64,000 nucleotides of DNA from an uncultured Rhodobiaceae bacterium (GTDB lineage Archaea > Thermoplasmatota > Poseidoniia > Poseidoniales > Poseidoniaceae), in the NCBI GenBank assembly GCA_937911445.1, contig CALDQY010000189.1, positions 185-64,184 on the forward strand, in the 5' to 3' direction. The position numbers and the translations under genes are program-made. Each line of letters starts with the position of its first letter. Positions within the stretch are counted from its first letter, which is position 1. Shown one piece after another: positions 49,501 through 59,302 of the stretch. The notes under the pieces were generated by a model, which was not told the origin of the DNA, searched no databases, and was given only the letters and a program-made list of their open reading frames with translations.

Positions 49501-49714
49501 AGAAGTCTACTACATGGATCACGACGATGATGGAATGGCTACTGGTTGGGAGTATCACTTCGAATTTGACCCATTTGATGGGGCAGACCGGCTTGTGGAT
49601 AGTGATGGCGACGGCCATACCAACTACTGTGAGTTCAAGTGGGATACCAACCCACGAAACCCGGTCAGTTTCCCTGGTCAAGGTGAATTGTGCGATCCGT
49701 TTGAAGGTCAGTGA
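46553..49714 (+). CDS. secreted, highly acidic thrombospondin-type-3-like (DxDxDG) calcium-binding repeat protein
   Basis: N-terminal signal/anchor 'AAIISTLIFGSLFVGVSG'. Dozens of 'D-x-D-x-D-G-x-x-D-x-W-E' repeats (DTDGDGLPD, DPDTDNDGMSDGWE, DTDNDGLNDRWE, and so on). Confidence 0.8.
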   Translation: MSLNHNQMAYAAIISTLIFGSLFVGVSGFYQTSSGVGDFDSAAEEEITPQIEISSGDAIDTDGDGLPDVLEESQYGTLKDDPDTDNDGMSDGWEVAHGLNPLDSGEAEEAEEESGSTNQADGAEVSNESDSWPDPTQGKYGDPDNDGLTNEQEAELGTDPQRADTDNDGLNDRWESIYTMNVSSPDGTVTLFNPLSGNWDCSLLNGPLEQTLADILEGFEGAPSWEELESPLGRHSCDQVLDFDDDGLLNFQEEAYGTNPAAKDSDNDMLPDILEVNNANMILDFQLGSNCGEPVITPPSQRLPTAAPFADEVSASWFLSDMDGDGYLNGPSDWDTDGDGMPDGFEFCFSFKDNHPFGVSNPQKAVSELLSPSNASDGYNDWDEDGLNNLEEYQVALKFGLVNGLPSFTSPWTEDTDQDGMPDGWEASQYNRTTLEYPLNPRNASNANDDIDFDGWDSDGDGDVVFDDLELTTTVVDVYVTKGDYVTANSTVARGQYTLGGGNKQTVYLVAPVDGYVYHINVAPGDQVESRLFVWMNVVEESERFTNLMEYEARFDENGNAVGRSTDPTHGDTDLDGLLDGIEVGGWEILVVNRGVQLTWVVSDPGLADTDSDGLSDFVEFSSACDGQGSNASNVDTDGDGESDQQEAVLGYIFNGEQYFTSACMFDTDNDGLEDGEEVIAGADNFVTHANNSDTDDDGLIDGNEILFVPRPFQHETNPLINDTDADGMLDGWEMQVKSTEANTNSHSLWVAISNWDRPGCTESTSNSCLMEPGGYVWINWLGGFELQKKYEVHEMNLSGFDMPGNPLCDGCKGRWALDPSLNSLKDDTYDIDNDTLPNGAESPTNWNTNPVDDDTDGDKLPDGWEVQYSYEAINNNLVDNATINAYGARGVMDPSMADSDLDGINDGEEDPDQDGLNRTGLIKKYCPGYNDSTNAECNIDPDTPDGMKFYNNLENYTNYEELQNGTNPVSNDTDGDAWEDGPEVYYMDHDDDGMATGWEYHFEFDPFDGADRLVDSDGDGHTNYCEFKWDTNPRNPVSFPGQGELCDPFEGQ

Positions 49715-49717
49715 AGT

Positions 49718-51247
49718 ATGTTGAGAAGGACCAAAACAGCTCATTTGCTCGTTTTGTGCCTGCTTTTCAGTGTCCTTTCCTTCGCCGCAACTGCAACAAA
49801 CTCAGCAACGGAACCTGAGATTTCATTCGACCAAGACGATGGAATTCACACTACTTCGTTCCTAAATCTATCAGGTGATTCAACAGTACCCCTCACTTCA
49901 GTAGAAATTACTGTTTGGAATATTTCCCAACCTGACCAATGGGCACTCATTACTTCAAGCCCTTACCTTGATCAAGTAGTACCCTATACAGACCAAGTTA
50001 CTGATCTCACAAGGTGGTCATGGGAACATACATTCAGTCTGGACTCAATCGATTGCACTTGTTACATCGAGATATCGTTGCTTGAGCAAACAGATTTGGT
50101 TTCATTTGGTTTGATTGCATACATCGGCGATGACCACCATCGCCCGGTACTGAGGCATGCATTGGACATCGGTAGCAGCCAAATGTATTCTACGAAGATC
50201 TTCAATGATAATTCACTCGATTTGTCATTCAATTATTTGCTGCCACCATCACAAATTGAGTCATTTGATGCAAATGAACAGATTCTATCAAACGTTCGGA
50301 TTTGTCCCGCACCATTTGGCATCTGTTCGGAATCCTATAGGAGTCTCGATAGCACAGATGTTACGTTAGACAACATACTTGCAATCGAGGTTGATGCCGA
50401 TGCACAATCGATTCAAGATGGGTATTATCTCTTGCAGGTACAAATTCAAGATCTTTATCTCACATTATCGAATAACATTACACAGTTCGTTGTTGTAGAT
50501 CAATCCAAACCTGTTGTGAACCTCTCGGCTGTCGATGAGGTAATTGAATCTGCACTAATTCTGGTTGATATCGATGTAGATGACGGATACGAAGGATCTG
50601 CGTATACCATTACGTGGAGCATTACTGAACCAGATGGTACGCCACGTGCTGTTCTGGAATCAGAGATTCTTGAGGACAATCGTTTGGTTTTCGAACCGAC
50701 AAAGGCAGGAGAATACCGTGTTAATGCCTTAGTTCGTGACATTGGAGGTCATTTGGTTACAGTCAATCACAACGTAAGCGTCAGAAATGTTGTTCCGATT
50801 ATCGAAATCCGATTTGATGGTTTCCTTGTAGAAAACGGTTCAACTGTTACCATTCCATCTTCTGGCAACTGGACATTTAGTGCGAATACATCATTCGATA
50901 CGTCCAACGATCAAGATACTCTCGAGTACACGTGGTTCGTCGATGGAAAAACACTCCTCAGCGGTAAATCCTTCCTTGCATCAAATGACCTTCAACAAAC
51001 CAATTATCGTGAAATAAGGGTTCAAGTTACAGATGATGATGGACAATCTTCAGAATTGTACTTCCAAGTTGCCCAACAGGATGAACTAGATTCAGATTCG
51101 AATTCTGGTTCGATTCTAGCTTCGACAGTTTCACTTCTCTTCATTTTCTCTATCGCTGCACTTGTTTACATGCGTCAACGCAAACAATCTGAATCAAACA
51201 CAGGCTTTGCAAAATGGACTGAACGGGGCAAAGGGCCAAAGAATTGA
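49718..51247 (+). CDS. cell-surface protein with PKD-like Ig domains and C-terminal TM anchor
   Basis: Signal peptide 'LLVLCLLFSVLSFAATA'. PKD-like 'ITWSITEPDGT...YRVNALVRDIGG' and 'YTWFVDGK...VQVTDDDGQ'. C-terminal 'VSLLFIFSIAALVYM'. Starts 4 nt after the preceding gene. Confidence 0.7.
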   Translation: MLRRTKTAHLLVLCLLFSVLSFAATATNSATEPEISFDQDDGIHTTSFLNLSGDSTVPLTSVEITVWNISQPDQWALITSSPYLDQVVPYTDQVTDLTRWSWEHTFSLDSIDCTCYIEISLLEQTDLVSFGLIAYIGDDHHRPVLRHALDIGSSQMYSTKIFNDNSLDLSFNYLLPPSQIESFDANEQILSNVRICPAPFGICSESYRSLDSTDVTLDNILAIEVDADAQSIQDGYYLLQVQIQDLYLTLSNNITQFVVVDQSKPVVNLSAVDEVIESALILVDIDVDDGYEGSAYTITWSITEPDGTPRAVLESEILEDNRLVFEPTKAGEYRVNALVRDIGGHLVTVNHNVSVRNVVPIIEIRFDGFLVENGSTVTIPSSGNWTFSANTSFDTSNDQDTLEYTWFVDGKTLLSGKSFLASNDLQQTNYREIRVQVTDDDGQSSELYFQVAQQDELDSDSNSGSILASTVSLLFIFSIAALVYMRQRKQSESNTGFAKWTERGKGPKN

Positions 51248-51264
51248 TTAAAGAACTGTGACGT

Positions 51265-52653
51265 TTGCATGACACTATGAGCACAATGTTCGATGAGGCA
51301 TACGGGACGTTGCCAGAGAAACCACCTACTCTATCAAAGGAGGTCTATCGAGAACGACAAGCTCGATTGCTCTCGCAACTCGATGTCGATGATCTGATTA
51401 TCGTCTCCTCTTTACCAGAAGCTACGAGAAGCAACGATGTGCATTATCCGTACCGTTCTTCAAGTGACATGATGTACATGTGTGGTTGGACAGACCCAGA
51501 AGCCACGTTGATGTTTTACCATGATGATGGTGAATGGATTTCACATCTTTTTGTTCAACCTAAAGATACACTGATGGAAATTTGGGAAGGGCGACGTCCT
51601 GGCACAGAAGGTGCATTGCGAGATTGGCCAATCGACCGTGCTGATTCTTCTCATGATATGTGCCTACACCTCGAGCGCCTTCTCGAGTCATCCGTGCGTG
51701 TACACGTTCGTCCAGGTATTGACCCACGAATCGATTCGATCGTGATGTCTGCAGTTGAGAAGCGTGATCGAAAGCGCCAGCACTTTGGATCCGGTCCAAT
51801 TAGTGTCGAAGACCCCAGCCGTCGAATTGCTGAAATGCGATTGCGAAAATCCGATGAGGAGATTCAACAGATGCGTTATGCTGCAGAAGTTTCCTCAAAA
51901 GCACACGAATTGGCAATGGCAGCGAGTAAAGACGGGATACATGAATTTCAAATCCAATCCATCATAGAGGGATTCTTTGTCTACGGCGGTACGAGTGGTT
52001 GGGCTTATCCATCCATTGTTGGATGCGGTGAAAATGCAACCATTCTCCATTACACAGTCAATAATTCACCATGTCAAACCGATGAAATTATTCTGATTGA
52101 TGCTGGTGCGGAGTACCAAGGTTACGCAGCTGATATTACACGCTCTTGGCCTATTGGGGGTACCTTCTCAGATGCACAAAAAGAAATTTATGAAATCGTT
52201 CTAGACGCACAAGAGAAAGCCATCGACGCTTGTCGAGTAGGTAACCCATACAACATGCCACATGAAGTTGCCCGAAAAGCACTGGCTGAAGGATTGATTC
52301 GTCTTGGAGTTATTACTCAAACGCTGGATGATGCACTTGATGCTGAAACAGGAGAACTACGCAAGTGGTACATGCACAATACGGGACATTGGCTCGGTTT
52401 GGATGTACATGATGTGGGTACCTACAAGCCAGATGGTACACCACGTTTGCTTGAAGAGGGAATGGTACTAACCGTAGAGCCCGGACTATACTTTGGAGCG
52501 TGGCGTCCTGATGTCGATTGTCCAGAGCGATATGCAAACATTGGGATTCGTATTGAAGATGATGTCCTCGTTACCAATGGAGATCCCGATGTCTTGACCA
52601 TTTCCTGTCCAAAAACAATTGATGATATTGAACGAATTGTTGGTAGTCTTTGA
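51265..52653 (+). CDS. pepP: Xaa-Pro aminopeptidase (M24B)
   Basis: 'IDAGAEYQGYAADITR', 'HNTGHWLGLDVHD', 'GMVLTVEPGLY' metal-ligand contexts. Confidence 0.8.
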   Translation: MHDTMSTMFDEAYGTLPEKPPTLSKEVYRERQARLLSQLDVDDLIIVSSLPEATRSNDVHYPYRSSSDMMYMCGWTDPEATLMFYHDDGEWISHLFVQPKDTLMEIWEGRRPGTEGALRDWPIDRADSSHDMCLHLERLLESSVRVHVRPGIDPRIDSIVMSAVEKRDRKRQHFGSGPISVEDPSRRIAEMRLRKSDEEIQQMRYAAEVSSKAHELAMAASKDGIHEFQIQSIIEGFFVYGGTSGWAYPSIVGCGENATILHYTVNNSPCQTDEIILIDAGAEYQGYAADITRSWPIGGTFSDAQKEIYEIVLDAQEKAIDACRVGNPYNMPHEVARKALAEGLIRLGVITQTLDDALDAETGELRKWYMHNTGHWLGLDVHDVGTYKPDGTPRLLEEGMVLTVEPGLYFGAWRPDVDCPERYANIGIRIEDDVLVTNGDPDVLTISCPKTIDDIERIVGSL

Positions 52654-52662
52654 GGTGGCCGT

Positions 52663-53847
52663 ATGGCTTGGCAAGAGACGCTGCAAAGGATTCTATCTTC
52701 GAACGAAACGTTTCGTTTGACCGTCGAAGAATCCGTTGAACTCTACAATGATGCTCCTCTTCATCAGCTGATGACTGCAGCCCATCACCGAAGATGTCTG
52801 CATAATCCCTCGAATGAAGTCACCTATCTCGTCGATCGGAACATCAATTACACCAATGTCTGCACAATCAACTGCCAATTTTGCTCATTCTATCGCCCAC
52901 CTGGTCATGAAGAAACCTATACGCAATCCTACGAAGAAATCCATGACCGTATTCACGAACTTGAGGCAATTGGAGGTTCACGTATTTTGATGCAAGGAGG
53001 CGTGAATCCTGATCTTGAATTCAGTTGGTACATCGATCTCATCAAAGCGCTCCGAGAGCGCCATCCAACAATCGATTTGGATTGCTTTTCGCCTATCGAA
53101 ATCGAAGGGATTTCAGAAGTCACTGAATTGCCAACTCAGACAGTGTTAGAGCATCTCAAGGATGCTGGAATGCATGGCCTACCCGGAGGTGGGGCTGAGA
53201 TGCTTGTTGAGTCTGTACGAAAGGACGTATCTCCAAAAAAGGGACATCCTGACAACTGGTTGCGGGTTATGAAAGAAGCCCAACTTCTTGGATTGACAAC
53301 TAGCGCAACCAATGTCATTGGTTTTGGTGAATCGAACGCAGACCGTGTTCACCACCTCCAACGAATCCGAGAACAACAAGAAGAAATCCATTCTCTAGGG
53401 TTGCCTGGCTTCACATCGTTCATTGCATGGCCTGTGCAGTTGGAAACCAACACATTCGGAAAAAGAAATCGCGGCCAAAACAAGTTTGAACGAGGCGCTG
53501 GTTCAACCGAGTACTTGCGCCATGTTGCGATTGCTCGTTTGTTCTTGGATAATGTGGACCACATTCAAGCATCATGGCCGACGATGGGGATGGGGATTGC
53601 ACAGATGGCCTTGCTCGCAGGTGCTGATGATGCAGGATCAACCATGATGGAAGAGAACGTTGTCTCCGCCTCGGGAACGACCAAATTCAGTGCGACAGAA
53701 TACGAACTACAACTTTCTATTCAACGTGCAGGATTCATCCCAAAGCGACGCAACAGCGATTATGAGTTACTTGAAACACCCGACGCTCTGGTCGACGCCC
53801 CTGAGACGATCAGTCAACCACCTCGTCAAGCCGTTGAATTGGTGTAA
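52663..53847 (+). CDS. radical SAM enzyme of the MqnC/MqnE/CofH family (futalosine-pathway-like)
   Basis: 'NYTNVCTINCQFCSF' CX3CX2C cluster motif. 'ILMQGGVNPDL' and C-terminal 'GADDAGSTMMEENVVSASG' are typical of this family. Confidence 0.65.
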   Translation: MAWQETLQRILSSNETFRLTVEESVELYNDAPLHQLMTAAHHRRCLHNPSNEVTYLVDRNINYTNVCTINCQFCSFYRPPGHEETYTQSYEEIHDRIHELEAIGGSRILMQGGVNPDLEFSWYIDLIKALRERHPTIDLDCFSPIEIEGISEVTELPTQTVLEHLKDAGMHGLPGGGAEMLVESVRKDVSPKKGHPDNWLRVMKEAQLLGLTTSATNVIGFGESNADRVHHLQRIREQQEEIHSLGLPGFTSFIAWPVQLETNTFGKRNRGQNKFERGAGSTEYLRHVAIARLFLDNVDHIQASWPTMGMGIAQMALLAGADDAGSTMMEENVVSASGTTKFSATEYELQLSIQRAGFIPKRRNSDYELLETPDALVDAPETISQPPRQAVELV

Positions 53848-56800
53848 AAGACGACCCAAATCTCAGCGACGATGTTTCGCCCACCTTTGCTCGATTCACC
53901 AGTTGGGTTGTATTCTTGTCCATTGAAGAGACCTCGATAGGTCAATTCGTTGTTCTGGCCATTCATGTCTACCCAAGAAGTGATATCAAAACTCCATTGT
54001 TTGACATCTTGACCAGCGCACCACCCTGCTCTTCCAAACGGCCATGAACCAAATTGATTGGCAACGACTCCATTGTTGACTTCATTTTCACAGCCTGTGT
54101 TGGAATAGACGATTGGATGCCACTCATAGGTGTGGTGTGAATCCATGTAGTAGTGATGTTGATGGTCGCAGAACTCAGCACAATTCGCATCGTCTTGCTG
54201 GAAGCCATGCCCCGTGATGGTTGCAACAATCTCAACTCTGGTCGTTTCACTCGGAACAGTGAAATTCAGGCTTCGAACATATCGACTTTCATTGTTGTAT
54301 GTACCATCGAATTGTCCTCCAGTGAAGCCAAACTCGGCATCAAATGCCCGCTCACCACTTCCCCAATTTGAAAACAGGAATTTGATGGTAAGGTCTCCTT
54401 TGTTTGCACCTTTGTATCTGAATCTTCGCTCTTGATCGTCTTCAAGCATGAACAAATACGGGCTAATATCGGTTAACCACCGTCCTTCGCGTCCATATGT
54501 TGTAATCCAACGCATGAATTCAGTTCCACAAATCGATGAGTTATCTGCATCACAAATGTACAGATGTGCGAGATAATCCCATTCATGACATCCTCCATAG
54601 CTTCCATCGCTCTTTTGATACCGATTTGCTCTCTCATCACAGGCATGTTCATGAAACACTTCGAGTGTGTCGTACGATGAAAGATTCTCTGGTAGTGTGA
54701 AGGTCGCATTCCTGTACGAATTGTGATTTGCTCCCCACCCACCGGCATGTCGTTCGAAATCGTACAGGGTAACAACATCAATACCAGAATCTTGCATTCG
54801 AATTTCTGGTTCGAATTCAGCGTTCCATTGATGTGGTTCATATGTGTAGTGGAATGGATCATTCGTTTGTGAAATCCATGCATAAATTGAGCCAGTATCT
54901 CGTGCACGTTGGAATCGATCAATACCCATGAAGAATGGACTGTTGAAGTTGGATATCATCTGGCCTAAGCCGCCCTGTATGTTGCTTGCATCCATGTCGA
55001 TGTAATGAATACGGCCATCCCACTGTTCTTCTTCACTTGGGTTGAGTCGTGCTTCAACATCGCTTTTTCGCGAGAGAACATCGTTGTGATAACTTGAATC
55101 GAAGGAACCGTAGAACAGGTGAGTGTTGTCAGGTAAATTACGGATAAATGTTCCCGGATTTGTCGACCAAGTTGCTGAATTCGAGTTCCCACTTCCATCT
55201 GTATACTTGAACATAAACAAATAGACATCATTTCCAGTCCACTTGTTCTGGAATGTGAACGTACCATCGAGCGTTGGTACTGTGAAGGTAGGTACAATGT
55301 CCATTGGACCATTCACAGAAGTGCCAGCTGTCCATTGAACTGGCTTTTGGACGATGGCACAACCATCAACATCGATTGTCCATCGTGCGGGACTGTCGGC
55401 ACAAATGTCAACGTTGGCAAACACACCGTCACCATCGAGGTCTGCGCATCCCACTGAGTTGACACTTAACCCGCTCGGTGTCCCTTCACATGCATCGATC
55501 AAATCGTTCACACCATCTCCGTCGGTATCGCGTTCGATGGCTGCGCACCCGAATTCATCAACATCTGTTGCATTGGCCGGCGTTGTTGGGCACAAATCCA
55601 ATGTTGCCCCAGTTGCATTAACATCGTTGACGTTATCGTTGTCATCATCAACATCTTCGGTTGCATCATAGCAACCATCCATGTCGAAATCCGTGTTCAT
55701 TGTTCGCTCTGATTGCCAATTCGAACGCCCCTTCGGACACCCGTCTGTTGCATCGAGTTCACCATCGTTATCGTCATCTGAATCTTCAAGGAGGTCGTTG
55801 CATCCATCCTGGTCCCAGTCGTTGTAGAGATTCGCGGGCCAATTGATTTCTCCATTCAAGCAGGCATCATTGACATCAAGAATACCATCGCCATCATCGT
55901 CGTCATCGTTGGTGTCATCATGACATCCATCCTGATCACGATCGTTCTCAAGCGTGCTTGTCCACCCTAGGCTTGATGTGCAACCATCATTGGTATCCAA
56001 GATTCCATCGTTATCATCATCGAGGTCCTCGTCGAAATCTCTGCAACCGTCCTCATCAGCATCACTTTGAGCATTTGATGCCCATCCGTCCGATTCACCA
56101 TAACCATCCGGGCATAAATCGACACTATCTTGGATTCCATCTCCGTCCGCATCGTTGTTTTCTTCAACGATGATTGTGATGTTTTTCGAATCTTCAGTAA
56201 GCGTGTATTCTCCACAAACTGCACTTGTTCGAACAAAGAAGGTTTCTGTACGCACGTCAAGATCGGTCAAAATGTAGGAAAAGCTGCCGTCATCCTGTAG
56301 AGGCAGTGTGTTCGTTGTCACCGATGAATCTTCTTCATTGATTTCAATCATGGTAGTGCAGGTTTCCAACGTTTGATGCAATACTTGACCTTGAAGAACA
56401 AGCACTGCAGCCTCAACGACGAGGAATTGTGGTGCAACAATCGATGTCGTCCCTTCCTCTGGGAGGAGGATTTCGATTGTGTTTGTCATGCTAATCAGTT
56501 CTCCCTCTGTTGGAAGAATCGTAAGATCAACAACGTATGTACCGGGTTTGTTTGGTAGCAAAACAACGGAAATACTTGTTGTCTTCTTGGTTATGCTGTA
56601 ATCAGACTGGCTTACTGCTTCACCAGTGTGTGTTATGCTTGTTTCAACGGAATAATCACCTAGACCAGTTGTCTCAAGAAGGACGTTAAGATTTGTAATT
56701 TCACCTAGTTCGCCAGTGATTGATTCTTCATCCCATTCAGCTGTTAACGAGAAAGGGATTGAAACGGGCTCTTCCTCAACGACATCGGTATTCGTGTCAC

Positions 56801-56867
56801 TACTTCCGAAACAACCAGATAGCATCAACAGCGAAAGCAAAACAGCGAGGAAAGGCTTGTTGGCCAT
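53826..56867 (-). CDS. acidic lipoprotein with thrombospondin-type-3-like repeats and a ~450-aa Cys/His-rich C-terminal domain of unknown function
   Basis: Lipobox 'LLMLSGCFGSS'. Repeats 'DADGDGIQDSVDLCPDG', 'DADEDGCRDFDEDLDDDNDGILDTNDGC', 'DRDQDGCHDDTNDDDDDGDGILDVNDAC'. C-terminal 'ITGHGF...CAEFCDHQHHYYM'. Confidence 0.8.
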   Translation of the reverse strand: MANKPFLAVLLSLLMLSGCFGSSDTNTDVVEEEPVSIPFSLTAEWDEESITGELGEITNLNVLLETTGLGDYSVETSITHTGEAVSQSDYSITKKTTSISVVLLPNKPGTYVVDLTILPTEGELISMTNTIEILLPEEGTTSIVAPQFLVVEAAVLVLQGQVLHQTLETCTTMIEINEEDSSVTTNTLPLQDDGSFSYILTDLDVRTETFFVRTSAVCGEYTLTEDSKNITIIVEENNDADGDGIQDSVDLCPDGYGESDGWASNAQSDADEDGCRDFDEDLDDDNDGILDTNDGCTSSLGWTSTLENDRDQDGCHDDTNDDDDDGDGILDVNDACLNGEINWPANLYNDWDQDGCNDLLEDSDDDNDGELDATDGCPKGRSNWQSERTMNTDFDMDGCYDATEDVDDDNDNVNDVNATGATLDLCPTTPANATDVDEFGCAAIERDTDGDGVNDLIDACEGTPSGLSVNSVGCADLDGDGVFANVDICADSPARWTIDVDGCAIVQKPVQWTAGTSVNGPMDIVPTFTVPTLDGTFTFQNKWTGNDVYLFMFKYTDGSGNSNSATWSTNPGTFIRNLPDNTHLFYGSFDSSYHNDVLSRKSDVEARLNPSEEEQWDGRIHYIDMDASNIQGGLGQMISNFNSPFFMGIDRFQRARDTGSIYAWISQTNDPFHYTYEPHQWNAEFEPEIRMQDSGIDVVTLYDFERHAGGWGANHNSYRNATFTLPENLSSYDTLEVFHEHACDERANRYQKSDGSYGGCHEWDYLAHLYICDADNSSICGTEFMRWITTYGREGRWLTDISPYLFMLEDDQERRFRYKGANKGDLTIKFLFSNWGSGERAFDAEFGFTGGQFDGTYNNESRYVRSLNFTVPSETTRVEIVATITGHGFQQDDANCAEFCDHQHHYYMDSHHTYEWHPIVYSNTGCENEVNNGVVANQFGSWPFGRAGWCAGQDVKQWSFDITSWVDMNGQNNELTYRGLFNGQEYNPTGESSKGGRNIVAEIWVVFYTNSTA

Positions 56868-56897
56868 GTACCTTACATCGCCTTGAAGGACATGAAT

Positions 56898-58031
56898 CTA
56901 ACGTTCGCCGATGAAGAACTGTTCTGTTCTGGGATCGTTGATTTCAAGTTCATCGAGATGAACGATTGAATCCGGAAATTGAACATGAACTGGGCAAACC
57001 CAAAGCAGAGGCATTTGGTTGTTTCGTTTAATTTTTAGAATAAATTCCCAATGAATACGGTGCAGAGGCGAATTGACGGTTCCAGGCCACGATTGGTCAG
57101 GAGGACTTATCGAAAACGTTCCATCTCCTTCAATTTTCGAGGAACCACCTTCAGCGGAAAATCGCATCGGTCGCAAAAAGACACCACCTTGAATATCCTT
57201 TCTCTCGATCGGAGAATCCTCACCACCTGCAGTACCGTCATCGAGACTTGCTTCCCAATGATGTGGCAACGGTGTAGAAAGACCGACAGGTGGTTGTGAA
57301 CCCTTCGTTGTATTGGAAAGTTCAATGAGAGCCTCTCTTGATGGTGGTAGAGTACCTACTTGCCAATGACAGGATATCGATTTCCAATCTGGTAATTCAT
57401 CGGGCAATTTGATGCGGCCAGACAATGGCTTTCCACTGATAATTGGGTGATCAAATTCGACAACTGGTTGCTCTATTGGTGTTCGAAAGAAGTCTTGTTG
57501 ACGCTTGAGATCGACGAAATTAGCAATCAATCGGAGTACAATCGGTAGCATCAGTATGGGTACAACAAGGATACTCAGAATAGGATAATCAAGAAGACCA
57601 ATTTGGAGGCTTTTCGTTCCAACACTTGGTATGCCTATGCTACTTAACAACGGTTCCAAGAAGAGGTAAACAAGTGTCGAAAGAAGAAGAATTACTGCAG
57701 CATTGATCATTCTTCGAGCAATGCCATGAAGTTTGTTTGGAAGGATGTACCAACCTCTGCGTTGTTGTTTCACGAGTTCAACAAATGGTTTGCTATCTGT
57801 GAGGAATTCTGTCATTCGATCGTAGGATTCTCCGTTGTTGTTAACGATGGTTCGTTCAATCAACCATCCTTCTGAACTTTGAATCGTGTATGGCGGTAAC
57901 ACCCTGATTACTTCATCATCGCTGAGATCGGAGGCGATTTCATCTTCAAAAATCGGTGCAGCATTGGCGTTCAATCGTTTATCATCAAACGGAGGATACC
58001 GAACGCGATGAACAATCGACCAAGATGACAT
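56898..58031 (-). CDS. hypothetical membrane protein (2-3 TM)
   Basis: 377-aa ORF with central hydrophobic helices 'AAVILLLSTLVYLFL' and 'ILSILVVPILMLPIVL'. Confidence 0.5.
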   Translation of the reverse strand: MSSWSIVHRVRYPPFDDKRLNANAAPIFEDEIASDLSDDEVIRVLPPYTIQSSEGWLIERTIVNNNGESYDRMTEFLTDSKPFVELVKQQRRGWYILPNKLHGIARRMINAAVILLLSTLVYLFLEPLLSSIGIPSVGTKSLQIGLLDYPILSILVVPILMLPIVLRLIANFVDLKRQQDFFRTPIEQPVVEFDHPIISGKPLSGRIKLPDELPDWKSISCHWQVGTLPPSREALIELSNTTKGSQPPVGLSTPLPHHWEASLDDGTAGGEDSPIERKDIQGGVFLRPMRFSAEGGSSKIEGDGTFSISPPDQSWPGTVNSPLHRIHWEFILKIKRNNQMPLLWVCPVHVQFPDSIVHLDELEINDPRTEQFFIGER

Positions 58032-58040
58032 ATGCTCTCC

Positions 58041-59258
58041 TCAGGTGAACAGAAGCTTGACTCCTGCCTGCAAAGCCAATTTGCGGAATGCTGGAACTTT
58101 CTTCAACAATGCCAGACCTAATGGAACTGGCTTTTCAATATCGCCGATTTCATTGATGAGAGATATCACCTCAGGCTTTGCAAAATTCGCAAAATGTTCG
58201 TCCAACTCTTCATCCGTTCGGGTGGAAACCAGGAGGTCTCTTAGTGCCCGAGCACGATCTTGTTCCTTCTTCATTTTGGGCCACGAGGATTTTGTGACTG
58301 ATTTCAAATCCTTTTCTGATAACTGATTCAAATTAACATGTTTGACAAGTTTATCAGCAATCGATGAGATCTGCTTGAAACCAGGTCCAAGCCCCCCGCC
58401 AGTAGTCGGTTTCGCCATACCTGCGGCATCACCAATGACGAGTACTCGATCTTTGAAGGGTCTACGAATCATCCCTGAGGGGACCGGTCCACAATATCGT
58501 GCTGTTTCTGTGATGTTCTCAAATCGATCTTTCCACAATGGATGCTCGAGGAGATCGTTGTAACAGTCAAGCACTGTGCGCCCATCCAGAAGGTCTGCTT
58601 TTGACCAAAGACCGATTCGATGTGTGCCGTTTCCTGATGGAATCACCCACGCAAAGAATCCGGGAGCTATACTTGAACCACTGTACATTTCGAGCCAACC
58701 ATCTTGACCTTCATAGCCAATAACTTCGGTTTGAAATCCAATCATCATTTCTTTTGGATGGCCCATCTTGAATCGACGACGTACCCATGAATGTGCTCCG
58801 TCACAACCGATGAGTAACTTCGCTCTCAACGTCATTGTTTCCTGTGTCCGTTGGTTCACGATATCGATGACCACACCATCTTCGACAACGTCTGCAGATG
58901 TTGGTTGCGACTCGAGAATGAGGTCTGCTCCTGCCTCAAGTCCCTGCTGGACAACGGTTTGATCGAATCGTTTTCTGCAGACTACATAGGTTCTCAGCTC
59001 GCCTTGACGTCCGACAGGTACAAGTGTGCCAGATGGTCCATGAATAAGCGCACCATCGACGTCCTCTACGACCGTATCGTATGCTTCTACTGCATCCATT
59101 GCACTTGGTGTGACCAAACCTGCGCATTGGAAAGGCCTTCCAACTTCATTGTGTTCTTCAACCATCAAAACAGAAAGTCCACGTTCACACAACACGCGTG
59201 CAGTGTAACCGCCAACTGGACCTGCGCCGATAATGACAACGTCGTAGTCATGGTCCAT
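58041..59258 (-). CDS. geranylgeranyl reductase family (digeranylgeranylglycerophospholipid reductase-like)
   Basis: FAD fold 'YDVVIIGAGPVGGYTA'. 405 aa, typical archaeal GGR size and layout. Confidence 0.75.
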   Translation of the reverse strand: MDHDYDVVIIGAGPVGGYTARVLCERGLSVLMVEEHNEVGRPFQCAGLVTPSAMDAVEAYDTVVEDVDGALIHGPSGTLVPVGRQGELRTYVVCRKRFDQTVVQQGLEAGADLILESQPTSADVVEDGVVIDIVNQRTQETMTLRAKLLIGCDGAHSWVRRRFKMGHPKEMMIGFQTEVIGYEGQDGWLEMYSGSSIAPGFFAWVIPSGNGTHRIGLWSKADLLDGRTVLDCYNDLLEHPLWKDRFENITETARYCGPVPSGMIRRPFKDRVLVIGDAAGMAKPTTGGGLGPGFKQISSIADKLVKHVNLNQLSEKDLKSVTKSSWPKMKKEQDRARALRDLLVSTRTDEELDEHFANFAKPEVISLINEIGDIEKPVPLGLALLKKVPAFRKLALQAGVKLLFT

Positions 59259-59302
59259 GAACTGTTTACGGTGGACCGAACTTCAAGAAGTTTCTTCTGC
59301 GA

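Noticed and set aside
53136-53647. Several 60-75 aa ORFs (both strands) at 53.1-53.6 kb
   Set aside because: They lie within the radical SAM gene, whose CX3CX2C motif and C-terminal conserved blocks support the + frame given.
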